Source: Rhodospirillaceae bacterium
GTDB taxonomy: Bacteria; Pseudomonadota; Gammaproteobacteria; Steroidobacterales; Rariloculaceae
Direction of reading: 5' to 3'
Assembly: GCA_002718345.1 (NCBI GenBank)
Contig: PBDA01000016.1
Span: 4,072 to 68,071 of the forward strand
Length of the DNA: 64,000 nt
Shown: one piece after another, positions 29,300 to 38,913 of the stretch
Layout: each line of letters opens with the position of its first letter
Numbering within the stretch: the first letter of the stretch is position 1
The notes under the pieces: generated by a model
Seen by the model: only the letters and a program-made list of their open reading frames with translations
Told to the model about the DNA's origin: nothing
Database searches by the model: none
Translations under genes and position numbers: made by a program

Positions 29300-30565
29300 A
29301 TGAATAATGTTCTGGTTCATAACAGATTAAATAGCCTTCTAATTACGCTGGCGATATGTTTGTGTTTATTTCTTTTCTTAAGTAATGGTTTTGCACAAGC
29401 TTTACCGAAGTCATCGCCTGAATCAGTTGGATTGTCAACTCAGCGGCTCTTACGTGTTGATGCACTATTTGAAGGTTATATCGCAAATGGTTTAATGGCA
29501 GGTGCTGTTGTAGCAATAGCCCGCGATGGTCGATTAGCTCACTTTGAAGCACTTGGTGGCGTAGACATGGATCATTCAAGACCAATGACTACAGATGCTA
29601 TTTTTCGAATGGCTTCGATGACTAAACCGATAACCAGTACGGCTATTTTGATGCTCTATGAAGAAGGGCATTTTCAGCTTGAGGACCCAGTTTCTTGGTA
29701 TATACCTGAGCTTGCTGGAATGACTATTGAGTCAGATGATGGTGCTGGTCGTGAGATGAGCATTAGAGATTTGTTGATGCATACTTCCGGTTTGCCTGGA
29801 AATGGACAAGACCCCAGACATAACGAAATCTGGACTAATCTTGAAGTAACTCTTCAGGAGCAAATGGAAATATTAGGTGATCAGCCACTAGCTTATCAGC
29901 CTGGAACAGATTGGCGTTATAGCGAGGCAACCAATGTACTGGGATATCTGGTTGAGGTGCTTTCTAAGAAGCCTTTCAATGTTTTTTTAGAGGAAAGAAT
30001 ATTTAGTCCACTAGGGATGCTGGATACAGATTTTTATGTGCCAAGATTGAAGGCTCATAGACTTCCAGCGGTTTATGGTGGAACGGAAGAGGGTACTGTA
30101 GAAGAGCTTTGGGTGGAGCCCAGAGAAAGAGAGCTCCGTATGCCTAAAGCACCGCGTGGTACTGGAGGGCTTTTTTCTACTGCACATGACTATTTGCGTT
30201 TTTCTCAGATGCTGTTAAATGGTGGAGAGCTTGATGGAGTCCGACTGCTTAGTCCCAAAACAGTTGAGCTTATGGTAACCAATCATCTTCCATCACACAT
30301 TGAACTTCCTGAAAACTATAGCCCTCGTTATGGTCTGAATGGTTATGGCTGGGGTTTGGGAGTGCGTGTTAGAACTAGCTTGTCAGAGTCACAGTTATTG
30401 GGGAGTGTTGGTGAATATGGTTGGGCCGGTGCATATGGCACCTATTTCTTTGTAGACCCTCATGAAGACTTAGTTGCAATATTTTTAGTTCAACTAAGAA
30501 ACTCTAATGTTTTCCCTATACGCAGGCAGTTTAATAATATGGTTTATCAATCCATAGTGAATTAA
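29300..30565 (+). CDS. Exported serine hydrolase, beta-lactamase family
   Basis: SMTK; LLMHTSG; WRYS; YGWAGAYGT. Confidence 0.88.
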   Translation: MNNVLVHNRLNSLLITLAICLCLFLFLSNGFAQALPKSSPESVGLSTQRLLRVDALFEGYIANGLMAGAVVAIARDGRLAHFEALGGVDMDHSRPMTTDAIFRMASMTKPITSTAILMLYEEGHFQLEDPVSWYIPELAGMTIESDDGAGREMSIRDLLMHTSGLPGNGQDPRHNEIWTNLEVTLQEQMEILGDQPLAYQPGTDWRYSEATNVLGYLVEVLSKKPFNVFLEERIFSPLGMLDTDFYVPRLKAHRLPAVYGGTEEGTVEELWVEPRERELRMPKAPRGTGGLFSTAHDYLRFSQMLLNGGELDGVRLLSPKTVELMVTNHLPSHIELPENYSPRYGLNGYGWGLGVRVRTSLSESQLLGSVGEYGWAGAYGTYFFVDPHEDLVAIFLVQLRNSNVFPIRRQFNNMVYQSIVN

Positions 30566-30573
30566 TACATAGC

Positions 30574-30613
30574 GCTATAAACGTCTGCAGTAGGGTCTGC
30601 AGACGTTTATAGC
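30574..30613. terminator. Probable bidirectional terminator
   Basis: Perfect 17-bp stem GCTATAAACGTCTGCAG/CTGCAGACGTTTATAGC with 6-nt loop between convergent genes. Confidence 0.8.
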
Positions 30614-30639
30614 TAAATAGTTTACTGATAAACGTCGAG

Positions 30640-31767
30640 CTATCTTGGTTCAAATCCAGTAAATAAAAGTCTTTGATAGCCCGAACCAGTAGCAGCTATA
30701 TAAAGATTTCCGTCTGCATCAGTTCTGGTTTGATGCCCGGGTCCAATTATTCCGTCACCTTCAATAGTTGTAATAATCTCAAGAGTTTGACGGTCAACCA
30801 CCTTGTAGCCTGTACCACCACCAACGTATAAGAATTGTTGTTCAGGATCATGAGACAGGGCTAAGTTTCGTGCAAATGGGGCTTCTAACCAAACGAGTTG
30901 ATCAATAAATTCACCTTCGAGTGTAAAGACCTGAACGCGTCTGTGTTCCCGGTCTGCTACATAAACCATTCCATCGTTAGAAACACGGATAGCATGCACA
31001 ATGCTTAGTTGATCTGGCCCCGGTCCAGGTTGAACCTCAACAGGGAGGTTTGGACATTCGTCTTTATCAACTGGGATATTACCGAAGGCGCCCCACATAC
31101 GTTTGAAAGCTCCCGTGTCAGCATCAAAAACTATGACTCTATGGTTTCCATAACCATCAGCTACAAATATCTCATTAGTAGCAGCGTGTACAAATGAATC
31201 TGCAGGTTCATGTAAGTTTCTGGTGTCGGAGTTTCCACCACTCGCATTACTCTGACCAATTTGCATTACTAGTTGGCCATTAAGATTGAACTTTAATAAT
31301 TGATCATCTGCTTCGGGCTCAAGTCCAGGCAGGTTGCGAGCAGGACAATTGTTCCCGCCTAGCCAAGCATGGTCTTGATCATCAATATGTAATCCATGCT
31401 CACGTTGTGGCCAGTCATAGCCATTTCCATCGCCACCCCAAGCCCTGTAAAAACTGCCATCTGGGCTAAAACCAATAACTGGAGGTGCTGCCATATGGGC
31501 TTGTTCTGGAGGAAGTGTTCTTGGGCGGTGCAGCAGCCATGCATTCCCTTCAGAATCAATGTCTACACTTGAAACATCACCTAACATCCAACCTTCAGGT
31601 ACTTGTGGCCAGTCTGGGTCTACCCGAAATGTGGGTATTACTCCCATTGTCTCCGTCACCCCCATAGCCTCGGTTTCGCTATTGGACTGTCCACTTGGCT
31701 GACACCCAGAGATGCCCATGACGCCTAAGCCCATAAAAGCAGTAACTCTCAGACAATTGAATTTCAT
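30640..31767 (-). CDS. NHL-repeat lipoprotein (peptidyl-alpha-hydroxyglycine lyase-like)
   Basis: VADGYGNHRVIVFD; YVADREHRRVQVF; lipobox ISGC. Confidence 0.8.
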   Translation of the reverse strand: MKFNCLRVTAFMGLGVMGISGCQPSGQSNSETEAMGVTETMGVIPTFRVDPDWPQVPEGWMLGDVSSVDIDSEGNAWLLHRPRTLPPEQAHMAAPPVIGFSPDGSFYRAWGGDGNGYDWPQREHGLHIDDQDHAWLGGNNCPARNLPGLEPEADDQLLKFNLNGQLVMQIGQSNASGGNSDTRNLHEPADSFVHAATNEIFVADGYGNHRVIVFDADTGAFKRMWGAFGNIPVDKDECPNLPVEVQPGPGPDQLSIVHAIRVSNDGMVYVADREHRRVQVFTLEGEFIDQLVWLEAPFARNLALSHDPEQQFLYVGGGTGYKVVDRQTLEIITTIEGDGIIGPGHQTRTDADGNLYIAATGSGYQRLLFTGFEPR

Positions 31768-31800
31768 GATTATCTCCAGATTAATTTTGTTGAGTTCTTC

Positions 31801-32346
31801 TTATTCTAATTCGCTAGCAATTGAAGCAATGCCTAATTCAGCACAGACTGTATCCGCTTCCTGTCCAGTCCCTGCACTTTGGTAGAGCTCAGGAAAGCTA
31901 GCGCCAGCACCTGAGACCCCTACAGCCCCGACAGGTATTTCACCTGACATGATTGGTGCTCCACCTCCTAATGGTACGACATTACTCAAGGCACGTTGAC
32001 CAGAGAGGTTAGTTCCCTCAGAGGTACGGTCACGCCAATCAATGGAGTTTCTTTGAAACGTGCGTGCGGTATAAGCTTTACGATAGGCTAATTCCCAGTT
32101 ATGTGGGGAAGCTGTGTCTGCTCGAACTTGCATTACTGGTTGCCCAGATCGGTCAACTACAGCAACGGTTACAGTTACTAAGTCGCCAGGAAGGCTACAT
32201 TCAGAAATTATAGTATCAATTATTTGTCTAGCCTGAGAGACAGAGATATTTGGTTGCATAAGCAATTGAGCATGAACAGCTCTTACACTAGTAAGTAATG
32301 TAACTGTCACTATAAGAGCATAACAGAGGGTTTTTTGGGTTAACAT
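31801..32346 (-). CDS. Exported GlcG/HbpS family heme-binding protein
   Basis: VAVVDRSG; A.RKAYTA; GGG.PI..GAVGVSGA. Confidence 0.85.
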   Translation of the reverse strand: MLTQKTLCYALIVTVTLLTSVRAVHAQLLMQPNISVSQARQIIDTIISECSLPGDLVTVTVAVVDRSGQPVMQVRADTASPHNWELAYRKAYTARTFQRNSIDWRDRTSEGTNLSGQRALSNVVPLGGGAPIMSGEIPVGAVGVSGAGASFPELYQSAGTGQEADTVCAELGIASIASELE

Positions 32347-32513
32347 TATTAGCCTCTAATTTTTTATTTTATTTATTATATGTTTAATTCTACCTACACT
32401 TTTGTAGATAGATAATAATATTTTATATACTCATATAGGCGTAAGTGCTCGTGATTCTGAGCATAATACGATGATACCAATGAGGGACTAGCCGACAGAT
32501 CAAGTAACGTAAG

Positions 32514-33506
32514 TTAGCTAACGGTCCAGGTATCCGTCTTCCGGAGTATATCGGCGACACTTCTTTTGCGTTCTAGTCCTTTTCCTCTGGCAGCGTACCA
32601 GGATTGCTCAAAGCTATCAGCTGGATTCTTGTAGATGACTCCCAATGCCATCGGCGATGTTATGTCCAATAATAACTGTGCAATTACCTTGTTCGTCTCG
32701 TTGTGTACGAGAACCTGGTCCGGATACTCCGTCGCATCGATAACCTCGAGCGAGAATGTATCCGGATTGAAGCGCATACCTTTTTTATTCTCGGTGCCGA
32801 ATAGCATTGGTTCGTCATGCTTCAATTGCAACTGCTTCTCGGCAGCGGTTTTTCGATCGGTGAAACTTGCGAATACGTCCTGGTTATAGACGATGCAATT
32901 TTGGAAAATTTCCGTAAAAGCGGCACCCTCAAATTCATGTGCCTGACGCAATACGTCACCGAGCCCAACTTTGTCGGTATCAATCGCACGGGCGAAGAAT
33001 CTTCCGCCCGCACCGAGGGCAAAGTGACCGGGCGAGAGTGGTGCGTCTATAGAACCATCAGGGCTTGACGGTGATCTGGTGCCAAGCCGAGAGGTCGGTG
33101 AATACTGGCCCTTGGTCAGCCCATAGATCTCATTATTGAAAAGAAGAATGTTCAACCCAACATTGCGTCGTAATGCATGTAGGAGATGATTACCCCCAAT
33201 CGAAAGTCCGTCGCCGTCACCGGTGACGACCCAGACATCCAATTCCGGCCGCGCCAGTTTTAGGCCGGTGGCTACGGCAGGCGCACGACCATGAATCGTA
33301 TGGAAGCCGTAGGTCTCCATATAATAGGGGAAGCGTGATGCGCAACCGATGCCGGAAACGAACACGGTCTCCTCGGGCTTAACGCCGAGCTTTGCGAGCG
33401 TCTGCGTCATGGTTTTAAGAATCGCGTAGTCGCCACAGCCGGGGCACCAGCGTACTTCTTGCGATGACGTAAAGTCTTTTGCTGTAAGGTCAGGTTGGGT
33501 GCTCAC
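32514..33506 (-). CDS. korB: 2-oxoacid:ferredoxin oxidoreductase beta subunit
   Basis: WCPGCGD; SGIGC; GDGD TPP motif; YGLTKGQYSPT. Confidence 0.92.
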   Translation of the reverse strand: MSTQPDLTAKDFTSSQEVRWCPGCGDYAILKTMTQTLAKLGVKPEETVFVSGIGCASRFPYYMETYGFHTIHGRAPAVATGLKLARPELDVWVVTGDGDGLSIGGNHLLHALRRNVGLNILLFNNEIYGLTKGQYSPTSRLGTRSPSSPDGSIDAPLSPGHFALGAGGRFFARAIDTDKVGLGDVLRQAHEFEGAAFTEIFQNCIVYNQDVFASFTDRKTAAEKQLQLKHDEPMLFGTENKKGMRFNPDTFSLEVIDATEYPDQVLVHNETNKVIAQLLLDITSPMALGVIYKNPADSFEQSWYAARGKGLERKRSVADILRKTDTWTVS

Positions 33507-35395
33507 TCGCGATCTCCCTGTGTAACGGACAGAGTTGCCTTAACGTTCGGCCCCGGTAGCTGCTTGCGAATCGCGGCGATAAGCTCGTTAATAAGAAACG
33601 GTTGGCCGGTAACCTTCGGAAGCGAAATTGGTTCGATTCCAAGCTTGTCCCTGAGTACGGTCGAGAGCTGGCCCATATTCATCTCCGGCACGAGTACGTG
33701 GTCGAAGCCGGCGAGTAGCTCGCCGAGATTTTTAGGCAGCGGACTTAGGTGACGAATATGGATGTGACTGACTCTTGTGTCGCCGAGTCTACGAACGGCC
33801 TGGTATAGAGCGCCATGAGTCGATCCCCAGCCAACGACAGCTACACTGCCTTGTGCAAGACCTATCTCGGTATCCTGATCAGGAATGAAGTCGGCGACAC
33901 GAACGACTTTGTCAGCTCGAAGTTTTGTCATGAGCTGATGATTCTCGGCGTCATAGGAGATGTTTCCTGTCCGAATGTCCTTTTCGAGGCCGCCAACACG
34001 GTACATGCGCCGAGGTTCGCCGGGAGCGATCCACGGTCGACCCAAGGTCTCCGTGTTACGCTGGAACGCTACCATTCCCCCGTTCTGATCTTCTGCCGCG
34101 GAGTCGAGCTCGTTAGATTCGATCGCCTTATAGCTCGTTATCTCGGGAAGTAGCCAGGGTTCTGCAGCATTTGCCAGATAGCCGTCGGTTAGCAAAATAA
34201 CCGGCGTCATATGTCGTATGGCAATTCGTACGGCCTCAATAGCCGTATCAAAGCAGTCACTCGGAGAACTTGCCGCGATCACCGGCAGCGGTGCATCTGC
34301 ATTGCGTCCGTAGACGGCCTGGTATAAATCGGATTGCTCTGTCTTCGTCGGCAATCCGGTCGATGGACCGCCACGTTGTGAGTTAACTATGACGAGCGGC
34401 AGTTCCGCGTTAATCGCGAGACCGATGGCTTCAGTCTTGAGTGCGATACCTGGCCCAGAACTTGAGGTTACACCGATAGCACCACCGTAGGAGGCACCGA
34501 TCGCAGCGCAAACAGCTGCTATTTCGTCCTCTGCCTGCATGACACCAACGCCGAGATCTTCTAGCCGAGCGAGCCGGTGCAATAGTGGTGAAGCGGGCGT
34601 AATCGGATAGGAATAGAACATCAGCGGCCGGTCGGCGAGTTCACCGGCTGCCGCCAGGCCGAGAGCTAAAGCCTCACTGCCGCTAATGCCTCGATATTCG
34701 CCCGGCGGTAGTTCTGCCACGTTTACATTGAAGCGGGGTATCGCTTCTGAAAGCTCAGCTGTCTCGCCATAGGCATGCCCGGAATGTAAGGCTTCGAGAT
34801 TGGCGTCGCGGACAACATCAAGCTTTGCGAACTTTGTTCTAATCCATTGTTCTATCGGGGCCAGATCTCGATCGAACATCCACATCAGCATTCCGAGTGC
34901 CCAGAAGTTTTTACTGCGGCCGCCGTCGCTCTTGCTCAGCCCGAACGGCTTCACGGCTTCCAGATTCAAACGGCCGATATCTGCCGAGACCACCTGATAG
35001 CCATCGAGTTCACCAGTCTCACGTGGATCTTTCTCGTAGCCTGCCTTCGTAAGATTTCGAGCGACAAAACTGTCGCTGTTTAGAATCAACAGAGCGCCTT
35101 TATCGAGCAACGGTAGACTAACCTTTAACGCGGCAGGATTAAACGCAATCAGCACGTCAGGCGCATCACCCGCAGTTGTGATCGGATTTGCGCCTATATT
35201 CATCTGATAGGCGGAAACACCAAAAGTTGTCCCGACGGGCGCCCGAATTTCGGCTGGGTAATCGGGAAACGTCGAGAAGTCTTCTCCGCTCAATGCGGTA
35301 GAGGCTATGAACTGTGACCCCATCAACTGTACGCCATCTCCGGAATCACCGGCGAGTCGGACGACAATCGAATTCATTACTACTTCGTTGGACAT
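33503..35395 (-). CDS. korA: 2-oxoacid:ferredoxin oxidoreductase alpha subunit (fused gamma domain)
   Basis: AGDSGDG; YPITPAS; QAEDEIAA; QRGGPSTGLPTK. Confidence 0.92.
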   Translation of the reverse strand: MSNEVVMNSIVVRLAGDSGDGVQLMGSQFIASTALSGEDFSTFPDYPAEIRAPVGTTFGVSAYQMNIGANPITTAGDAPDVLIAFNPAALKVSLPLLDKGALLILNSDSFVARNLTKAGYEKDPRETGELDGYQVVSADIGRLNLEAVKPFGLSKSDGGRSKNFWALGMLMWMFDRDLAPIEQWIRTKFAKLDVVRDANLEALHSGHAYGETAELSEAIPRFNVNVAELPPGEYRGISGSEALALGLAAAGELADRPLMFYSYPITPASPLLHRLARLEDLGVGVMQAEDEIAAVCAAIGASYGGAIGVTSSSGPGIALKTEAIGLAINAELPLVIVNSQRGGPSTGLPTKTEQSDLYQAVYGRNADAPLPVIAASSPSDCFDTAIEAVRIAIRHMTPVILLTDGYLANAAEPWLLPEITSYKAIESNELDSAAEDQNGGMVAFQRNTETLGRPWIAPGEPRRMYRVGGLEKDIRTGNISYDAENHQLMTKLRADKVVRVADFIPDQDTEIGLAQGSVAVVGWGSTHGALYQAVRRLGDTRVSHIHIRHLSPLPKNLGELLAGFDHVLVPEMNMGQLSTVLRDKLGIEPISLPKVTGQPFLINELIAAIRKQLPGPNVKATLSVTQGDRE

Positions 35396-35849
35396 GTTAG
35401 GTTATTGATCTAGATTGGCGAACGAAGGAGCTCTAAATTCATCGATGAAGCTATTCTTGCCCTGGATTCGTAAATTATCCGGTCTCCAATCGGACTATCA
35501 AATTCGGAATTAGACGAACAGCCTATTGCCAGTGAAAAATCAAATTCATTTGAATCCATTTTGATAGCGTCCTTGCTTACCGGAGTGCTTTACCGTTGTA
35601 TTGTTAGAGCCTACTGATACTCTGGGGGCGCTATGGTACCAAAGATGGATATAATCATCCCTATAGACCTAAGAATTAGCTAAAGTTTAATCTGATATTA
35701 GTGCTTGCAAGGGCTAAGCGTTTAGACGTGGTCTAAGCAAATATATTATAGTTCTGATATCAAAAACGTTAGAATTGTCCGGACAAGAATGTAAGCTATC
35801 ATAGAAATGTAAGTAATCCATTACCTAAATTACTGTGTAAGAAAATTAA

Positions 35850-36656
35850 ATGTTGACAAAAGGCCGTCTAAAAATGATGACTCGTTCAGTTTTTACCTTA
35901 AGTTTGAGCCTGCTATTTGTACAGGCATGCGATGCACAAGCACCGAATATAGATGAAACTATAGAGGATGTTGCTTATGCCCTAGGTACCCTAAGAGGTG
36001 TTCAGCGCCGTATGGATTCAATGAATACTCTGCAATTTTCTGGTCATGGCACTTCAAATATCCTAGGAGATGATGGTCAGTGGACTAGTTATGAAATCAC
36101 ATCAGCAACCATCGGAATTAATTACTTTATACCTGCTGTCCGTTCGGATGTAACTCGTATAGCGGAAGATGGAAACGAGGAACGTATAATTGAGGTGGCT
36201 CGTGCAGATCGTGCCTGGAATGAGCGGTTACCTGGAGTTGATCCTACAGAAGTAAACGGCGAAGTAGCTGAAAGAACACAACAGATTTGGTTAACGCCTC
36301 ATGGGGTTATTACTGCCGCTGTTCATAATCCGAATAGCGTTACAGTTGATAATGTATCTGGTCAAACCATATTATCGGTGGAGGTAGATGGTTTGTCAGT
36401 TGTTGCTAGGTTGGATGAAAATTCTAGGCCTGCAGTAGTAGAAATGATGATTGATCATCCTGTCTTAGGGGAAACTTTACTTGAGGCTGAATATACAGGC
36501 TATATTGATTGGCCTATATTGGACGTTTATTTCCCTTCAAATATAGTGCACCGTTTAGGCGGTGAGGTAGTGCTTGAAATGACGGTTTCAGATTTTTATC
36601 AAAATCCTTATGTCATTTTCCCAACACCCGAATTATTAAGCCGGAGCTTACAATGA
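35850..36656 (+). CDS. Exported/lipoprotein of unknown function
   Basis: Hydrophobic leader with VQAC; QIWLTPHG; DHPVLGE; coupled to next gene. Confidence 0.7.
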   Translation: MLTKGRLKMMTRSVFTLSLSLLFVQACDAQAPNIDETIEDVAYALGTLRGVQRRMDSMNTLQFSGHGTSNILGDDGQWTSYEITSATIGINYFIPAVRSDVTRIAEDGNEERIIEVARADRAWNERLPGVDPTEVNGEVAERTQQIWLTPHGVITAAVHNPNSVTVDNVSGQTILSVEVDGLSVVARLDENSRPAVVEMMIDHPVLGETLLEAEYTGYIDWPILDVYFPSNIVHRLGGEVVLEMTVSDFYQNPYVIFPTPELLSRSLQ

Positions 36657-37039
36657 TGAAGTTATTGAGAATCCCTTTTACTCTAATCACCACAGTTTTT
36701 CTTTGTGGTATGTCTGCTTCTGCCCATCATGCGGTTCAAGCGCAGTTTGATGTGAATAGCATAGACACTTTTACAGGAATGATGACTAAAGTGGAATTTA
36801 TTAACCCACATCCTTATTTTTACTTAGATGTAGAAGGGGATGATGGACAGATAACTAACTGGGAAATAGAGTCTGTTGCATTGAACGCTTTGCGACGTAT
36901 GGGTCTTGTTAAAGAACTTCGTGTAGGCCTTGAATACACCGTTGAATATCACCCTGCTCGTAATGGAGAATCGCAGGGATTAATGATGGCGATTACTCTT
37001 CCAGGCGGAAATCGTCTTCTGATGCGTAATGCAGAGTGA
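36653..37039 (+). CDS. DUF6152-like exported protein with mature N-terminal His-His
   Basis: ASA|HH; FD; INPH; W..E. Confidence 0.75.
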   Translation: MMKLLRIPFTLITTVFLCGMSASAHHAVQAQFDVNSIDTFTGMMTKVEFINPHPYFYLDVEGDDGQITNWEIESVALNALRRMGLVKELRVGLEYTVEYHPARNGESQGLMMAITLPGGNRLLMRNAE

Positions 37040-37926
37040 CTGTTTTTCTTAAATCTATAGGTGATATTAAATTCCCCTTCTTGGGACTGCTATTGAGGGA
37101 GTATCGTATGAAAAGGCAGGTTTCGTTATTTAGTCGTGCAGTGGCTGCGTTACTAACATTAATTTTATATGTTGGTACGGTTGCTGCTCAGGAAACACCT
37201 AGGACTGCTGATGGGCATCCGGATTTGACAGGTTTTTGGCATGCAGGCGCAATGGGTTTTCGTGGATTTGAGAATGAGGATGGAGACATTGTGCTTAATC
37301 TGGAAGGTCGTGATAACAGTTTGACTAACTTCGAGACAGATTTTGCAGTGCTTGAGAGGTCCAAGGCCAATAAGCCAATGTATAAGCCAGAGTACTGGGA
37401 TAGGATTCAGGATTTAGATTGGAATGGTTTAGCTTTAGATCCTGTTTTTGGATGTAAACCCGCATCAATACCTCGTGTGGGGCCGCCTCATAAGATCGTA
37501 CAAACACCTACGGAAATAATATTTATGTACGATACTAGAAACATTAATGCATATCGAATTATTCCAATGGATGGGCGGGAGCATCTTGATATACAGGTCA
37601 ATGATACGACCTGGATGGGTTACTCAGTGGGTCGTTGGGAAGGTGATACGCTGGTAGTTGATTCGGTTGGTTTCAATGATGAGAGCTGGTTGGGTTGGAT
37701 GGGCTATATCCATAGTTGGGATATGACTGTTACAGAGAGAATTCGTCGTGAAGGAAATACTCTTTACTGGGAAGCTACTGTGGACGATACCATGCTTCTA
37801 GAACCATGGACTGTTGATCCAATTCAAAGACAACTAAACGAAGACCCTGACGCCTTCTTTTTTGGAGACACAGGGTGTGAGGAGCGGGACGCAGACCGTA
37901 TTGTTGATCCAACTGTTCGAGGATAA
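37036..37926 (+). CDS. Exported beta-rich partner of DUF6152-like protein
   Basis: PDLTGFW; DP..C.P...PR; MGYSVGRWEGDTLVV; terminal Cys; real start probably MKRQ. Confidence 0.75.
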   Translation: MTVFLKSIGDIKFPFLGLLLREYRMKRQVSLFSRAVAALLTLILYVGTVAAQETPRTADGHPDLTGFWHAGAMGFRGFENEDGDIVLNLEGRDNSLTNFETDFAVLERSKANKPMYKPEYWDRIQDLDWNGLALDPVFGCKPASIPRVGPPHKIVQTPTEIIFMYDTRNINAYRIIPMDGREHLDIQVNDTTWMGYSVGRWEGDTLVVDSVGFNDESWLGWMGYIHSWDMTVTERIRREGNTLYWEATVDDTMLLEPWTVDPIQRQLNEDPDAFFFGDTGCEERDADRIVDPTVRG

Positions 37927-37948
37927 TAATTAGAAGATTGTGTTGTAT

Positions 37949-38896
37949 CTAGGGGGTCTGTATAGCCCTTAATACGTTATCTTCCGCTCTCTCAAGGTAG
38001 TCAAGAAAAACACTGGGATCATCAACTAAGGGATGTGGGTCTGATGGGCCCCTGTCTAAAAATAGATTATGAAGTCCCTGAACTCCTCCTGGCGTATTTA
38101 CATGGGTAGGTAATCGAACCTGTATTGGGGGTGATTGCTGAGCTAGCAGTTCAAACCGGCGTATATTTCCCAAAACGGTTTGGTTTTTCCAGAAGTCATT
38201 CCCTTGTGCACCACCACCCCCAAAAATTACCGCACGATAGTCTTCTCCGCTGTCAGATACAGTGAACTCCATGGATAGTACTCCCTCAGTATGCCCAGGT
38301 GTGATATAGAACTTCATAACCTGATCACCTAGTTCTAGGGTGTCTCCATCCTGTATAACCATGTCCACCTCAGCAACGTCCATGATAAATTCATTTGGTA
38401 TGTCTGTTTGGGCTCTTTTCCAATCACCAGCGGTTAGGGCGACACGAGTGTCAAAGTTGTCTTGGTAATAGGCATGACCAGCCATATGATCAAAATGTCC
38501 ATGTACCCCAAGCACATACTTAATATCCATGGGGTCGAATCCGAGTGTCCTTATATGCTCAACGCCAGTTTCTATATAAGGTGGGTGAAGAGAGTCTATA
38601 AGGATTAATCCCTCATCAGTAACAATCAGATATGAGGATACCCATTCAATACCTACATAGTAGAGATTATCAAAAATTTTAAAAGGTTCTGTGCTCTTTT
38701 GTAACTCTTCATTTGCAAATATTTCACGTCTTTCTCGGGACACATAACTAAAATCAGTTAGCTCTAGTTCAGGAAAGTCTTCGACAGTGAGCTGAGCATT
38801 AGCGCTTTGCCAATTAAAGGTAAGTATTACCGATAACGATATAAGCCAGGATATCAGTGCACGTTTTAAATTTTTTAAATTATTTTTAAAAGGCAT
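37949..38896 (-). CDS. Exported MBL-fold hydrolase, subclass B3-like
   Basis: PFKIFDNLYYVG; HGHFDH; TPGHTEG. Confidence 0.85.
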   Translation of the reverse strand: MPFKNNLKNLKRALISWLISLSVILTFNWQSANAQLTVEDFPELELTDFSYVSRERREIFANEELQKSTEPFKIFDNLYYVGIEWVSSYLIVTDEGLILIDSLHPPYIETGVEHIRTLGFDPMDIKYVLGVHGHFDHMAGHAYYQDNFDTRVALTAGDWKRAQTDIPNEFIMDVAEVDMVIQDGDTLELGDQVMKFYITPGHTEGVLSMEFTVSDSGEDYRAVIFGGGGAQGNDFWKNQTVLGNIRRFELLAQQSPPIQVRLPTHVNTPGGVQGLHNLFLDRGPSDPHPLVDDPSVFLDYLERAEDNVLRAIQTP

Positions 38897-38913
38897 TTGT
38901 ATTTTCCTTTACT

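Noticed and set aside
35400-35700. Short minus-strand ORF (~49 aa) and possible island boundary upstream of korA
   Set aside because: No recognisable motif, and no direct or inverted repeat matching the other flank
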